A stretch of DNA of 64,000 nucleotides from Lama glama. Its lineage: Eukaryota. The stretch lies in the NCBI GenBank assembly GCA_028534125.1, contig CM052817.1, positions 83,020,001 to 83,084,000 on the forward strand, written 5' to 3'. The notes under the pieces are model-generated. The model had not been told where the DNA came from. It ran no database searches and worked only from the letters and a program-made list of their open reading frames with translations. Made by a program: the position numbers and the translations under genes. This document shows, one piece after another, positions 1-14,881 of this stretch. How positions within the stretch are numbered: the first letter of the stretch is position 1; each line of letters begins with the position of its first letter.

Positions 1-2459
1 CCTTTCTTTGCTCATATCTAGCTCTCTGCCTGCTCTAACGATAATACCTAAAGACAAAATAAGTTGTTGACAAATGCCCTTAAACTATATTGTTGTATTC
101 ATTTGTGACTTCTCTTCAATAAGCACTGATAAACACACATAATTTTTAAGAGAGAATACATATTTAAAAACTGTACAGCAACCAAAAATATTAAGTAGTG
201 TTTTCCAAGGTGAGGTAAACATACCAGTTGTAGAATGTGAAAATATTAGGAACAGTCATATGAACACACTTGTTTTTAGTTTTAATTGCTACTTATCTGT
301 TTTATGCCTATTAGAAAAAAATAAGCACATCCAAATCTTGATTTTATGTGATATAGAAGGATATCTTGGGAAGAGTGAACCCTTAAAAAGAAAATTCTAA
401 CTAAATGATAGTACACTTTCTGTAAAGGTATGACAAAATGATAAAGATCAGTTAAGCGTGCAAGTTTGGGGAACAGTGCATTGGGAGTCAATAGCATATT
501 AAAATAACATTTCATTTTGTAATACAATCAATTTCACTAGCCTGTCTTCCTGGTGTATTTAGTTCTAATGTAATTCACATAAATCAGGTTGATATGTATT
601 AGTCAAGTTCAGGTTCAGGTAAGAGTCTCAAAGCTCGTTACTGCCATACAAAGAGTGAAGGAAAACAAAAATCCCTAGCTTGAATTTATTCAGTGAAACA
701 ATTTTGGTGGAAGTGCTTTGCAACCTCATACTATCGTACACCAAAAAAAGGAATGCAGATACATACTGCACCTGATCCTGGAAGTTGTGTATCGACTGAA
801 CCCTCTAGCTCTCTAGTGATTGATCTCTCCACTCTAACTTCCTCTGAAATAAAACCACTTAACTTTAGTGCTGCTCAGTCTCACCGATACCTTCCCTCCC
901 TCAGTACATACGTAACCCATATCCTCAAAACTGTCAAGTTTTTTAACATGGAGACAATCTTAATAAGTTTGTGGTATACGTTTAGCAAAAGCAGTACTGA
1001 AGGAGGTCTGGAAAAAAGAGCACATTGGCTTTATTCATACACATTATTCATATAACCGTCTTTTACAGCTATACAAAGTCTTCTGTGTTCTCTACTTGTT
1101 ATAATAATTTGTGCTTAATTGTCTGACTATCAAGATTTTTTTTAAGTTTATTGCCACTCAATAACATTTATTTGTACATTAACTTGTGACACAAAGGAAT
1201 ATTGTACTGTATTGCGATGGAAACAACTTTGAAGTTTGAGTCCTAAAACTTTTTAATCTTCATGGAGGAATATGATCATCTTGGGAAAGGAGTGGATTAT
1301 TTAGGACGGGGATATGCCCAGATTTCTGTGCTTGAAGAGGAAGTAACAGAAAAGATAACTTGATGTAAGCCTAGAAGTATTACTTTGTAAATCGCTGCAC
1401 CATTGATGTAATCTGTACTTTTCTCCTACCACAGGAGATGTCTTAGGCATCTCTTTGACTTCCCAGATGGCACTGGAATCTGTTTTCTTAGATTCTTTTG
1501 GTTCTGTTTGTTCTTTCATCAAATGTTATTTTAGTGAATATGCTTTATAAAGGAATTAAAAGTTTACAAGATTTTCTTTTTAATAGCAAACATATGAAGT
1601 GATTTGCTTCTTAACCTCTGAGCAGTTTTCATTTCATAATAATAGCCATTTAAATATGAAACTGATCTTAAGGATAATCTTTGACCAGTTTCCTGGATGA
1701 TCAATTTGTGAAACATTAAGTTTTTGGGTTTTTTTTTTTTGCCACTTGATAAAATTTAACAACACACCTGTGTCTTGCATGTGACTGTACATATGTAATC
1801 TGCAGGTAAAGAGAGAGAAGAAGGGGTAAAGGAGGAGTGGGAGGATTTCTTTTCAAGGAAAAGAAAATGTCTTAGTATAAAAATGCATGTATATGAAACT
1901 AAGTCATCAGAAAAATGTGGATATCTGTACATGATTGGAAATAGAGAAGCTAAATTGATTTACAATAGAATGAATAGGGTTATTTGTGGATATGGTAAGA
2001 CAGGAAAAAAGGTGGTCCAAGTTGAAGAGAGGCATGCAATTCATCAACAGCTGAGGTTATATAATATTACATTTTAGGTTGTTAATGCTCTTATCTTATG
2101 ATGTGTACTTTGGGAGGACAGGTAAAGAACTGTTGAGAGAATCCAGTTGTTTTGAAAAAGCTTGGCATAATAACAAGAGGGCTGTAGAGTATGAAAGTAC
2201 AGCAGAGACCGTGAATTTGAATAGGAGCTCCAGTGTAAGGCCCTTAATGACTGACCAATCAAACTCTGCCTGAACAGACACCAACACGGGAAGGCTCATG
2301 GCCTGAGGGAAGGAACATCTCAGTAGAGACGAGAGGATCCAGGGGACAGCATATAGAATCAGGGGTTTTTCCCCTCTTCCACATGACAATCCTGCAGCAG
2401 CACAGGTGCTAATTAGAGAGCACTCAACACAAATTACTTAAAATGATAAGGAAATGTAC

Positions 2460-3005
2460 TGACACATGCTACTTAAAGTCTTCAGGCAGAGAGGGCTTCA
2501 GGGTGGTTTGTGGTCTTCTTCACTGAACATGATGCTCTTGATTCTATTCTCTGCATACTGACATCATCCTGGACTAGTAGCTAGATGGCTGCAGACACTC
2601 TGGGTCTCCTCTCCATGTAGGCTAATGACCAGAGAAAGGGAGTGGCCACTTTTTTATGTCTCTCTCCTGAGAGCAAGACTACTTTTCACAAGGAGTCTTT
2701 GGAGATATTTTTTCCCTGAATTTTATGTGTCTTAATTTTTACATGCTCATCTCTCAATCTATCCTTGAACCAATGGATTTCCATAATTCCATCAGGGAAA
2801 GGTATAGAGCGTCCCGTTTCCCTGAGCGAGTACCCCCAGGGCTGCTCCATAGTGGGAAAGCGTTATCAGTGTGAGACCCACAGTGAGTCCAGTCATCCTC
2901 AGTTAACATATTTCGAAGAAGATGGGTGAGAAGAAAGAATGCTTGGAAACTGACCAAGAGCCTAACAGGGTATTTGTAACTAAAATTACTTAATATTCCC
3001 CACAA
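2460..3005 (-). mobile_element. old MaLR LTR (MLT1K/L-like)
   Basis: ggcttcagggtggtt...agatggctgcag...ccttgaaccaat motifs. Confidence 0.45.
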
Positions 3006-3099
3006 AATGACTCATTTAAAGCAGTATGACCTTTAAGTGCACGTATAAGTCTTCATTTTCCAAGTCCACCATCCAGCCTACATCAGTGGGAATCCAAAA

Positions 3100-4250
3100 C
3101 TCCTCTTTGTTTTTTCTACACTTTATTTATACTATGCAAATTTTGACCTGGTTACTGTAGGTTTATTTCTGTTCCTTTATGGCATATTTTTTTTTCTGGA
3201 AACTTTTTAGGATCTTTTCTTTTTCCTTAACATTCTAAAATTTCACAAGGCTGTATCTGGGTCTAGATACTTTATTAATTGACACATGTCACACTTAGTA
3301 GGCTCTTCTAATATACATTTATGTTTTTATATGAATTTAAAGATTTTTCTCTCTAATTTTTTATGGATTTATTGTTAGGTATTAAACTTTTAGACTGAGC
3401 CTCTACATCATATTTTTTCTCTCATGTTTCTCATCTTGTCTTTTGTAATATATTTTGAGACATTTTCTGCATTTTATATCATAGACTCTCTATTGAGTTA
3501 TTAATCTTTATATATTTTAATTTCTTAAGAGATTTTTCTTGTTTTGTTTTTGTTCCTCTTTCGTAACTTCTAGTCTTGCTTTACAAATGCAATGTACCTC
3601 TGTAAGAAATCCATTAAGAAATTTAAAAATATTTTCTTTTGTTCCCTGAATTATTCTGATTCTCCTGAGACCAGTTATCTGTTTATTTTGTACCTTCTTT
3701 TTTAAAGTGTTCCCATGCTTTTAGATCCTAGTTGTCCATTTATATTGCAAGTTGGAGAACCAGACTGATTTTTCTAGGTGGCTCTGGAATTCCTCTGCTC
3801 TCTGTTTCCTGATAGGACACTCAAGTAGGAGGATGATTAATGAGGAACCCCATATTCCTGGATGAATTGAGTTCACTGCCAGGTTCTGTTTAGGGCTAGG
3901 GGATGAGAAGACATCTTTCAGATTGTTTCCCATGTGTGAATCTGGAGTAACAGTGCCAATTCTAAAAGGCAGAGCTTCCCTCATTTAAAAAAAATTTATA
4001 GAAAAGATACATGGTTTTTTTACTTGGGGATAAACATTGCTGTACTTGCCATTCTGAGAATGAAATGGAAGTGAACCACTGCTTCCTTACATGTTCAGCT
4101 AATCCCACCCTCTGTATCACGTCAGCTGACTCTGAGGGAGGATATTCCCCTGGGTTCCTGTGGACATGTACTCTCATCTCAAATGCAGCCCCTCACAGCA
4201 TATTCTGGGATGCAATTTCCCCCTCTTCATTTTATCATAGAGTACACACT
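3100..4250 (-). mobile_element. old LINE-1/HAL1-like remnant
   Basis: T-rich antisense ORF1-type motifs such as ttttaggatcttttctttttccttaacattctaaaatttcaca. Confidence 0.5.
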
Positions 4251-4404
4251 TTTATTTTACTTTATTTATTTCATTTTATTCTTTCCAGACATACTGAGAT
4301 TTTGTATTTGCTTGATGAATCTCTTTCACACTTCCCTTGCTACCTTTTTGCAGTTGTACACTGTCATTCTATGGAGATGTGAGAGGCTGACTATGCTCAG
4401 TGCA

Positions 4405-5400
4405 ACATAAATTTATTGTTTCTTCATTGTGCCAGACACTATTCCATACGTAAGCACTGAAGTAAACTATGTGTTTACTTCTAAAATATGTCTTAGACTC
4501 ACAAGCTTACAGTGGATGGAGGCATGGATGGTGATGAGATCGGGGAGCAGTTTTTTTTTTTTATTTTAATAAAAATTATCTGAAGGGGTAATAAGTGATC
4601 TGAAAGAAGAAATAGAAAGTGCTTCAAAGACACCCAACATGAGCCAAGGAATCTGCTTAGAGCACAAGCTATTTAAATTAAGAGAGGAGAGGTGGCTAAG
4701 AGACAGGTAGGTTAAAATAACATTCTGTGGCAAAGAGGGTGAACTACAGGGCTGCCAGCAGAGGCAGATAGAGAGTCTTCCGTATATTGGGAAAAGCAGA
4801 AAGAAGTTGGTTAGCAGGACCTTGAGTGTGTGAAACTAGAAAGACAGTGAGCCCTGTGGATTCAGTCAGTTTTGTTGAAGGTTTTGACTGTTACTCCAAG
4901 AGTAATTAATATAAAGCATTTGAAAGCTTGTAATCAGTGGAGTAACAAGCACTTTAGAAAGCTCACTGTGCTGACATCATGAAGAATGAATTTGAGGGAA
5001 AAAAGCCTGGATATATGGCCATCAATGAGGGAAGCTTCCGGAAGCTCATGTAGTCTAGACAGACTGATCGTGGTCTAGAATCTTGGCAGTAGTGATGAAA
5101 CCAAGTGGAAGGATTTGATAGATATTTGTGTGGTGGTGGGTCGTTATATAGAGTTTAATGACTTTCTGGAAATGAGAAATGAGGAAGAGGAAGGATTTTT
5201 AAAGCTGATCTTCAATCAGGCTGTTTTCATCTCAGAGTGTAGAGTGAAACCTGAAATAGAGGCAGGTATGCAGGGAAAGTACAGATGCTAATGATGTGTT
5301 CAGTGTAGGGCATGTTGAGCTCAGCTAAACTGAGTCAGCAAGAGAAAGAAAAACTGACAAAAATTCCTGAGGGGTTGAGGGTCAGGCCTAGTGCCACTGG
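4405..5400 (-). mobile_element. LINE-2 remnant
   Basis: aatttattg...tgtgccagacact and ttttgactgttactccaagagtaat...gctcactgtgctg are L2 hallmarks. Confidence 0.65.
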
Positions 5401-5919
5401 TACACTGGTGTTAATATTCTTAACTGTGTTGCTCTTCATATGGAAAGCTGAAACTTTTTTCTTTTCATCAAAGATCAAAATCTATCTGGGCAACTCTAAC
5501 TAAACTCATAACATCAATTAAATACCTTATAAAAAGTAGAAAAACTGACTGTTTAATACAAGGTTTATGTATTTACTACAAGTAAAAAAAATAAATGAAT
5601 TAAATAAGAAATGTAGCTATTTATATCTTTATATCTCTTGATATAAAGATAAAGAGGCAGATGTATAGTAGGGGAAAGTTTCTAAAAAGGCATATTAGAG
5701 GGTTTTTTAAGGATGATGGCTTAGGGTCTTTGAGATTTTCTGGAAAACTATTTCCAGGGAAGTGTGGATATGGACTGTGTATTTTGTCTGAGAAATATAG
5801 ATAGAGAGATAGAGAGATAGAGATATCTATATAGATATAAAATGAGTTTTTCTTGATGTGATTAGGAGAACTGGAAAACCTAGGGGAAGAAGTTAAGGAG
5901 TTAAAGAGGACAGTAATAG

Positions 5920-6150
5920 CCAAACATTTATTGAGTGCAAACCACGTGCCAGCTCCTGTTCTGGGTGTTTTTCATGTATGAAACCATCTAATCCTCATAC
6001 AGTAACGTGGGCACTATTATTATCATCCAATTTCACTAAAGAGGACACTGAGGCACAAAGCAATTAAGTAATTTTCTCAATTTCACACGTTTAAGAATAG
6101 GTGGAATTAGGATTTAAATCTCGGCAGTTTGGCTGTGTAGCTCACATTAC
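5920..6150 (-). mobile_element. MIR SINE
   Basis: aacatttattgagtg...tattattatcatccaattt...gaggacactgaggcacaaagcaattaagtaa. Confidence 0.8.
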
Positions 6151-8569
6151 TGATCGCATTATATGGCCTTTATGTAAATGTATAAATATCTATATACAAT
6201 ATAGTCATAAATAGAACATATGCAACCAGGTAACTTATCCCAGGTCTATACATGATGGAGCCACTGGGTAGAATAGACAGATGCTTGACTGAGCTTGCAG
6301 GAGCTTTCAGTGGCACAGCTCAAAAATCTTATTAACTAAGGTATATGAGATTGTCCATGCTTTAAGTATATATATTTAAAATAGCATGTACCAAGTTGTC
6401 AAAGGTGATAGACAGAATGGGAAACCCACCAAATTTCTGTATACACCATGTATTTCTTTGATGAAGAGTGAAAGGAAAAAATAATCAAATTACTGGTCCA
6501 AGAGTTTGCAGGCCAGGCCAACAAAGTGACATTACTGTTCTCCAAGAGGTTCCATATGTAGCAGGAATGGAAGCAGTGACCTAAAGGTGACAGAAGAAGT
6601 AAGAAGAATTTTGAAAATTGTTGTTTGTATATTTGGGGTTTTCATATGTGTGTTGCTCATAATACGGACATTGCTAAGCACAGGTATCTCTGTTTTTATT
6701 TTAATCCTTTTAATATGATTTGATGTGAATATAATCAAAACTTGTGTAAAAATATACAGTGTCTAATTTTCAATTTTTCAACAACTTCAGAAAATTTCAG
6801 ATGAAAATATCCATGTGCGTATTTTCAAGAAAAATGTGAAGTCATTCAGTGCTGCCCATGGGCAGTTTTGAAAGTATGAAGATAAATAAGGATTTAATTT
6901 TCTCACTGGAATATTTTCCTAATTTGATGAACAAGCTGAAAAGTAAAAATGACAGCCATTTAAATGATCTTCCAGAGAAGCTTAAAGGGGCCTCACAGTC
7001 TTATTTTTTCGTAAAGGCAACTCTGTGTGTGTACCCAGGCATAAATACATTTTGTAATTAAAGTTAAGAGTCTTAGAATGTTGCCTTAGACTCAGCCATC
7101 CCATTAGCTGAAAAGAAAAGGGAGAACCAAATCAAGGGCCCTTGGGAAAATTTAAGCCGGGGGCATCATTCACAGCCTCTGGGAGACAAAATCTATTTGT
7201 GTTAAAGTATAAGAATAGATGAGTTACAAGCATAAAAATATCACAAGTGGAAAAAAAAAATCCTAGACTCTAGTAGGGGAAGATGATTGACCTGAAAACA
7301 AAAATGAGTATACTCAAGTATCACTCATGTTTCTAATAAACTTTTGTTTTTTAAGTTTTTAAGTTGTTTTCAACTTAAAATTGGTGACATTAAAAAAAAA
7401 AGGTTGGAAATGAAATACCAAATCACCCACATGTGACTCACAACGAATAACACACAGGACAGACGTTTGTCAGCATTAAACAGCTCCCTGGTATTTGTCA
7501 TTTAGGTAGTGTGCAATTACCAGTGGAGGGTTTTTGCAAAGTTGAAATATTAAAAGTAATTATAATAATTATAACCACTTCATGGTTACCATAGATATGC
7601 AAAAACATTTATAAGTTTGAGTGTTACTGTTAAATATTCTCCTCTCCAGAAGATTCATGTATGAATGGATGGATATGCTCACTTGTTTTGGGAGACAGCA
7701 TATTTACAAGACTGATTCTTATACCCTTTGGCTAGTGGCTAGTATTTGTGTGCAGTTGGATGACTTATTCCTGGTCTGTATATAAATAGTGAAACCCTGG
7801 GATAGAATAGTCAAATGCCTGACTGAATCATGTAGGTATTTTCTTTAATGCACCACAGTCACCAAATTGACTAAAACATTTCATATAGTTACTTATTGTG
7901 GTAAATAGGCAGTATTAGCTTCAAATTATACTTAAATTTGTTTTCCAGAATTATCTTTTGATTTTGAGCTGCATCAAATAACACAGAAACATGGTCAGTT
8001 TATTTATACCTGAAGGTTTCCTCTGACAATCTGATTTACAAGTCTCACTTAGGAGATTTTTATTTTATTTTTTATTGAAACTTCTACTTCCAAAATATAT
8101 CCATTCAACAATTTTTGAGACCTTGAGGGTAAATGTTATTAGGCACAGTTTTGCTACTTTTGGTATTCTTATAGTTAATTGAAATAGCAAAATAAATAGT
8201 GAACCATACTCTTCAAGGTATTTTACACACTATTTCTTGAGATATGTTTTTCTTTTAAACTAGGAAAGTTTATTTTCTTACTTCACATTATAGTTCTTTT
8301 CTTGCCGTTAAATTAATCATGAGATCTTGCAATTATTGAATTAAGTGTGCATCAGTGTCTTTTGGGCATTCATGTGTGGAAAAACTCAACTCAACTTAAA
8401 CAAATGAGCAATAAACAAATAAGCAAACGAAAGAATTAGTTGAAAGGCTGCTTAGGTGCTCCCATAATCAACGGGCTTGCTGGGATTGCTGGAAATCAGA
8501 GCCCTTGGAGGAGGGGCAGGTAACCCGGAGGACTCAGCAGCAGGACCTAGTGGAGCTTCTCTCTGGATC

Positions 8570-8930
8570 TGCAGTCTGAAAACTACAGTCCACGTGCCAA
8601 ATACCAAACACCAAACACCAAACACCAATGCCTGTTTTGTGCAGCCTGCAAACTAAGAAGAGTTTTGTTTTTTTTTCAAGTTTTGAATGGTTGGAGAAAT
8701 TAAATGAATACTATTTTGTGGCACATAAGAATTATGTGAAATTCAGATTTCAGTGATCATAAATAAAGTTTTACTGAAACACACTCCCACTCATTCATTT
8801 ATGCATTGTCTGTGGTGGCTTTCGTGCTACAGTGACAGAATTGTAGTGACAGAATTGTTTGCAGACAGCTTTTCCTGCAAAGCTGAAAATGTTTACTTCT
8901 GGGCCTTAACAGAACAATTTTGCTGCCCTG
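8570..8930 (+). mobile_element. hAT-Charlie MER58B-like DNA transposon
   Basis: aaactacagtccacgtgccaaa...aattatgtgaaattcagatttcagt...ataaataaagttttactgaaacaca...tttgctgccctg. Confidence 0.8.
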
Positions 8931-9529
8931 TGAACTAGAGAACTGATTTAAGATAACTAGTCTGTAATAATCCTCAATAGTGGTATTTCCACTCATTTCA
9001 AATAGCCAGGAGAAAGAGTCTGATAAACTCAACTAAACTTGGATCAAGTTTCCATACCCTGACCTGTGATCACAGGTGGGAACATTAGTTTATAATTGGA
9101 CTAGCCTAGTTTTGTGTGTCTAAAGCAATGGAATCTACAAATAGAAGGGGGACCCACAAGGTAAGCCTCTGGGCAAACAGAAACAGCACTACAACCAAAT
9201 AATCACTGCTGTCTTTTCTCTCATCTCCTTATTAATGCAGCTCATATTTCAATAAATCAATAAGCCCTTACTGTGTATTTTATATGTTCCTTTCACTAGC
9301 TCCGGCATCAGACAGACATATGAAATAGTTCCTGTATTTGAGGGTCTCATAGTTGTATGAGAAAGACAGTTATTCAGAAACAGAAATGAAATACTATGCA
9401 ATAAATACTACAGAAGAGATATAAAGCAAATGAAAGAGGAACAAAAAGAAAGGAAGAAAATGGAATTTACTTTAGAACTCCAAGAATGTTATAAAGAACA
9501 GGTGGAATGTGAGTTGCATTTTTAAGAAT

Positions 9530-10012
9530 GATGTTCTATTTATTACTGTAAAACAACCTCAAAACTTAGTGGCTTAAAACAACAGTCATTTATTTTAACT
9601 CATGCATCTGTGTTTTGGGCAGCTCAGACAGTGATTAGAGGACATACTTTCATGTTTACTTAACTTGCTGTCTGGCTAATTAGTGCGGGCTGTTGATTGA
9701 GAGGTCCTTGGGTCTTCTTCAAATGAACCTCTTCACAGGCTGCTTGGGTTTCCTTATAGCACGGTAGCTGGGTTTTAAGAACTAAGGTCCAAAGTAAACA
9801 AGGGGGAGGTGCATAGTATTTTTTTGACCTAGCCTTGGATTTCACACTGTGTCCCCTTTGCCCTACTCTGTTGGTTGGAGCAGTCACAAAGTGCTGCTCA
9901 GTTTGAAGACAGGACATAGACTTTAAATCTTGATGGGGAAGCTGCAGACTTCTAGAGCATTTGGGGTCTGACATATCTTTACATCAGTCTTTGAAAAATA
10001 TAATTTGCCACA
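9530..10012 (-). mobile_element. MaLR LTR (MLT1F/G-like)
   Basis: caaaacttagtggcttaaaacaacagtcatttatt...ttgccaca, antisense MLT1 hallmarks. Confidence 0.75.
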
Positions 10013-11015
10013 GCTTAGAAGAAATGTGAAAAACTGACAATATCAATAGAAGATGTAGAAATGTACAAAAGCAACGATTTGTGAAGGGCTTAGCTTATTC
10101 AAGGAACATCAAATTGTTTATATATAGGTATATAAAAGAAGTAGTGTAGAAGGAAAGAGTAACTCACTAGAAAGAGACTGTGAAAATAGATTAGAAACAA
10201 TTGTGATGATCTTGTATCTCATACCATGCCAAAGAATTTGGATTCTATCTTGGTCGGTTGTTTGGTGGCAGTTAATCCTTGGAACATAATCCTTAAAGAT
10301 GCAGCTCAAAATTCACCTGTTCTTTATAATGTTCCTGGAGTTCTGCAGGTAAATTCAGTTGTTACTTCCTTTGTTTTTGTTCCTTTAATACCTGAATTAT
10401 ATCTCTCTTGCAATATTTTATTTATCCTTTTAAATAACTGTCTTCCTCATGTAACTATAAGAGCAAACTTTCAGAGATATTTAAATAGTAGGAATATATT
10501 TTTAGGTCTGTTTTATAAGAGATTACCTCCTTTTATGTCTTAGCTATATCTTTCTAGTTAAAAAGATAAACATCAATATAAATATAACCATATTTTATAA
10601 CATGAACTTTTACTAATGTATTGTACTTATATTGCTATACTATAACTTCATTTTATTATTTTTTTCAACTTACCACAGGTTGAATGTATGACCAACTTGG
10701 AGTTTTCTGTGATAAAATGGAAGTATTTCTTGCTAGACACACAAACCACAAATCCCAAATCTGAAATGTCAGATTTTGCAAGTAAAGCATTGTGGCTGTT
10801 TGTCACCAGCTTGGTCTAAGAGTTTGCAGTTTTCAGAAAGACCTGTTATTCTTGCATATCCCTATATTTTGCCAAAATCACTAATATAGCCTTCATGACT
10901 TGATTGATTATAATTTTGAAATATGTGCCTTTTTTAAACTTAAAATTCTGCTACTTTTTCCCATACCATACAGCTTGAAGGTAAAATTTGAATATTCAAG
11001 TATTTTTAGGGTAAC

Positions 11016-11515
11016 CGTATTTGTGTTCAATTGCTGTGTAACAAATTACCACAAACCTAGCTACTTTATTAGTTTATAATTTTGTAGGTCAGAAGTCCGA
11101 GCATAGTGTACTCCAGGTCTTATGAGCCTGGAATAAAGGGGACTAGTACTGTAGTCTCACCTGGTGCTCAGGGATCTCTTCCAAGGTCACATGGTTATGG
11201 CAGAATTCAGTTCCTTGTGGTTATAGGACTGAGGTATCAATGTCCTTATTGGCTGTCAGCCAAGAGCTTAGCTCAGCTCCTAGAGTCTCACTACATTCCT
11301 TGTGATGTAACTCCCTCTGTCTTACAAGGAAGGAACAATCTTCCCTTGTATCATACCTCTGTCACACTTCAAATCTCTTGTCTTCGAGAAGAGCCCTGTC
11401 CCTTTTAAGGGCTCACTTGATTAAGCTCGGTGCATCCCAGACAGTCTGTCTTCTATAAAGCCAACTATGTCATGTAACATAATCTAGTCATGAGAGTGAA
11501 ATCCATCATGGGGGA
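11016..11515 (-). mobile_element. MaLR LTR (MLT1D/E-like)
   Basis: attgctgtgtaacaaattaccacaaa...ggcagaattcagttccttgtggttataggactgagg...ttttaagggctcacttgattaa. Confidence 0.8.
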
Positions 11516-11640
11516 CAAGTGTTCAAAATGAAGCACTTTTGAGAATAAAAGGGAACACTGTTACTTTAGTAATAATTACACTGAGACAGTAGGTGGAAAC
11601 AGAGGCTGTCTTGGAAAGACAGGATCATGTTTATACTTAA
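11516..11640. mobile_element. hAT-Blackjack MER94-like fragment, split by the MLT1 LTR
   Basis: cacttttgagaataaaagggaacact...aataattacactgagaca. The matching left terminus agggtaac lies at 11008-11015. Confidence 0.55.
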
Positions 11641-14600
11641 TTATTTCCTTTGCTTTTGTCTTTATTAACTTTAAGTCCACATGTTCATTTTTTAACTTTT
11701 CTATTTTATTTTCAAATGTGTTTATTATTTATTATTGAAATATTCAAAAATGTACATGCAACATGTAAGGTATGAAGCATAAGAACTTGAAAACCATGAA
11801 TCCAACATTCAATTGAAGATTTTGAACATACCAATCCATTGCATCTGCTTTTGGCCTCCTCCCTTGTTCCGTTACCCCACCCTTCCCATTTGTCCCACCA
11901 TTATCTTCTCGTATGTCTTTGGTTTATAGTCTTACTGTGTTAGCAAGTCAATTTTAACCCAAACTTTCCTTGGCCTTCACTGGCTGCTCTCCTAACCTAT
12001 AAAACCAACTAAAATCCTAAAGCACTTTGCATTAATAGTACTATATTTTTATACTGTAAAAGATGAGCTAAATTCCCCATACTTCCAGAGTCATTTATAA
12101 AGATTCAAAGTGTTAATATCCAGTTCCTCAAGACCTGTCTAGTTTCTAGGATTTTAAACCCACTCTTTTCATAGCCAGTACCGGTTGATTGCAGCCTGTA
12201 AGCTCAGTTCCACTTATGTCATAAGAGGCAATTCTAGCTTTAAAATGAAAGGTCAAAATAGTTTTAGTTCAATTCTGTTAGACTGAGTCTAAAGCTCTTC
12301 TGCTTAGCCATCTCTGACATTTACACAGTTCTCATTTTTGCAACTCTGCCTCATCCTGGCTCACCAAACATTTTCTTATACTCAAATCTTTTCCTAGGTG
12401 TATGCCTTTATGGGACTGGGATCTTGCCTAGCTCATATCATGTCCTTTTCTTATTCTTGAGTACATAGTGTAGAGACCTACTACTTCTGGATACAATATC
12501 CAGATACCGGCACCTGTCTTTTCACATTCATGATGTTCTTTGATCCTGGCCTCTCTATGTTCACTGCACTATGAATACTGTACTCTTTTCTTTATTTTTC
12601 ACAATGTGCAGCTTAATCTCTGCCTTCCAGTTCATGTCCACTGACACTGTACATCTATTTTAGACCCCCTGACTTCTGTAGAGAACAGGATCATGTATGC
12701 TATGACTTCAGAAATGAGAATAGAATGGGAGCCATATCAAATTATGTGCAATAAAATATTAAGTTTTGTATGTTGATAAGATGAGTCAATACCTGTTATA
12801 TTTTAAGCACTAGGCTAGACAGTTTTCATCATTGAATTCAATCCATCAGCCCCCTGCTATGATATGTCTTCCTTTCAATAAAAATTTCAATCGTTTACAT
12901 GATTTTCATAGTAATTTCTTTAATCAAGTTGTAATTTCTTTATCTTCATTGTTTATTCCTAAAGAAAAATAAATTATCTGAGATCTGATTAATAAACTCA
13001 TCATAATGTTCACAATATGACTCAAACACTCTCTCAATTCTATAATTAAACTAACTTCTTTTTCAGTTTGAAATTCTGATCTAATATCTCCCTATCTCAT
13101 ATTTGACTTATATCAAATGATCAGAACTTGGCAAAATGTTAAGAGCTCACATATATATATCAGCTGCTATTAATCTTGTATTTTCTTTGAATTCACATGA
13201 TATTAATGGCTCCCTTCACAAAGCCCTTGCTAAACAACTGCTCTGGTTCCCTTTGAAGTGCAGCTTCCTAAAATGCTCTTTGTGGTCTTCCTTTCCTTCC
13301 AGAAGTCCCGTAGACTTTCTTACTTTCACTCTTCTTTCCTTTGTTCCATCCTGTAGTCTTGCAAGTGACTAAATAGAGATACAAAGATGATTTCTTTACT
13401 TTTTCACCTTATTTTGTTCCCTCCCTTTGGCCTCTCTTCCATCATCATGCTCCACTTCTTTATCTTTAGCCTGTGATTCCTTCCCTCGATGGTCCTGATT
13501 ATAGATGATAGTTGAGACTCGCCAGACCCTTGGCAGAAGCCAGGGGGACACAGTTCAGGCTGTGTTTTCCCTAACTCCCACAGGCCTGTTCCTCCAGATG
13601 TTTTCATGCTCTGCCTGTCCCGCCGGTCCGCCTGCCGTGTGCCTCCCTCCACGACACGCTTCACATGCCCTGCTCCCTCAGGGGAGCTGCCTGCGGGAGT
13701 CACTGCATCAGGTTCTGTAGCCTCTTGGAGTCCTCCTCCTCCCGTGTGAAACCACCCCACCAACCCCTCAGCAGTCATTGATTGTGCAGGTGAAAACCCA
13801 GTTGATGATGCAGTTATCTGATGTACAGATACTATTCTTCAAAGACCTTTGCTTACAAAGATGAGGAAATCGGGGGCATGGATAGAGTGAAAGACTTTGA
13901 AACAGTCACAGTTAGTTAAGTGTTAGAAGTTGAACTTGTCTTTAGGTCTGTTGACTTCTAAGCAAAAAAAAAAATGTAGAACAAATTGAGGTGTTAGGAA
14001 TATCTGCTTTTATCCATGTGTTTCTAGTTTATTCTCAGCCCAAAACATTAATTTGTAAACACTTCACTTTCCCATTACTATTTTGGGCATAAAAATCTTC
14101 TTCAGGAAGGTCGTTGCAATTTTCAATGAAAACATTTCAGTTTTCTTTGAATACCAGACACAGAAGTTTAATACAGAGGTCACAGGATTTGCCTTTATAC
14201 ATTCTCCTGCTTGGATGTGGATTTTGAGGGAACGTGAAGTTTAATTTTATTCTCTTTGTCAGGTGAATTGCTTAAGAAGGGAGGATCTGCTTCCTCTTCA
14301 TTGTTTCTTTTCACCTAAGAATACTGAATCTGTACCATTAACGGCAAATATCATTTCAGCCACTCTAAACTAATTATATTGTAAAATAACTTTAGTATTG
14401 TAAAATAACTGTTTACAAGCATATCTCCAAACAGTTTTTACAACTTTGTTTAACCTGATTTGCAATTCAGGTTAAAATATAGCTGCATAACTTCTCTGAA
14501 ATATGGGGCATAAGACAATAGCCCTGCTGGTTTTGAAGTGAAGATACTAGTTTCCAGGAGTAGTTTTTATTCAGAATGAACCTTCTTGGCTGTATCTACT

Positions 14601-14881
14601 CAAAGCCAAAGCAACAGTCTGCATAGCTAAAGATTAAATCAAACTAAAAATAGATGTTATGGCCCCCCAAACAACTAAATAACTCAAATGCAATCTATTT
14701 ACTTAAGCTATTTCTGAATGATATGATTCATAATATATGAAAATACATGTAACATAAGTTTTAAATGAAGGTAAATTTATTTTAAATGTTTTATACAGTA
14801 TCACACTATGGCGGCTAACGTATAAGCTACATTCCAAATAAATAACACGGAGAACCCCCTACGTTCCTGATATTTCTCTAG

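Noticed and set aside
7357..7380. Perfect hairpin TTTTAAGTTG-TTTT-CAACTTAAAA; also a 14-bp palindrome at 21931-21944 and an 11-bp inverted repeat at 49661-49718
   Set aside because: Short AT-rich inverted repeats like these are plausible by chance or local template switching in 64 kb, and are too short for pre-miRNA.
13404..13778. GC/CpG-rich patch with a 124-aa ORF
   Set aside because: Too short for a CpG island, partly resembles an old ERVL LTR (LTR33-like), and has no supported splice structure.
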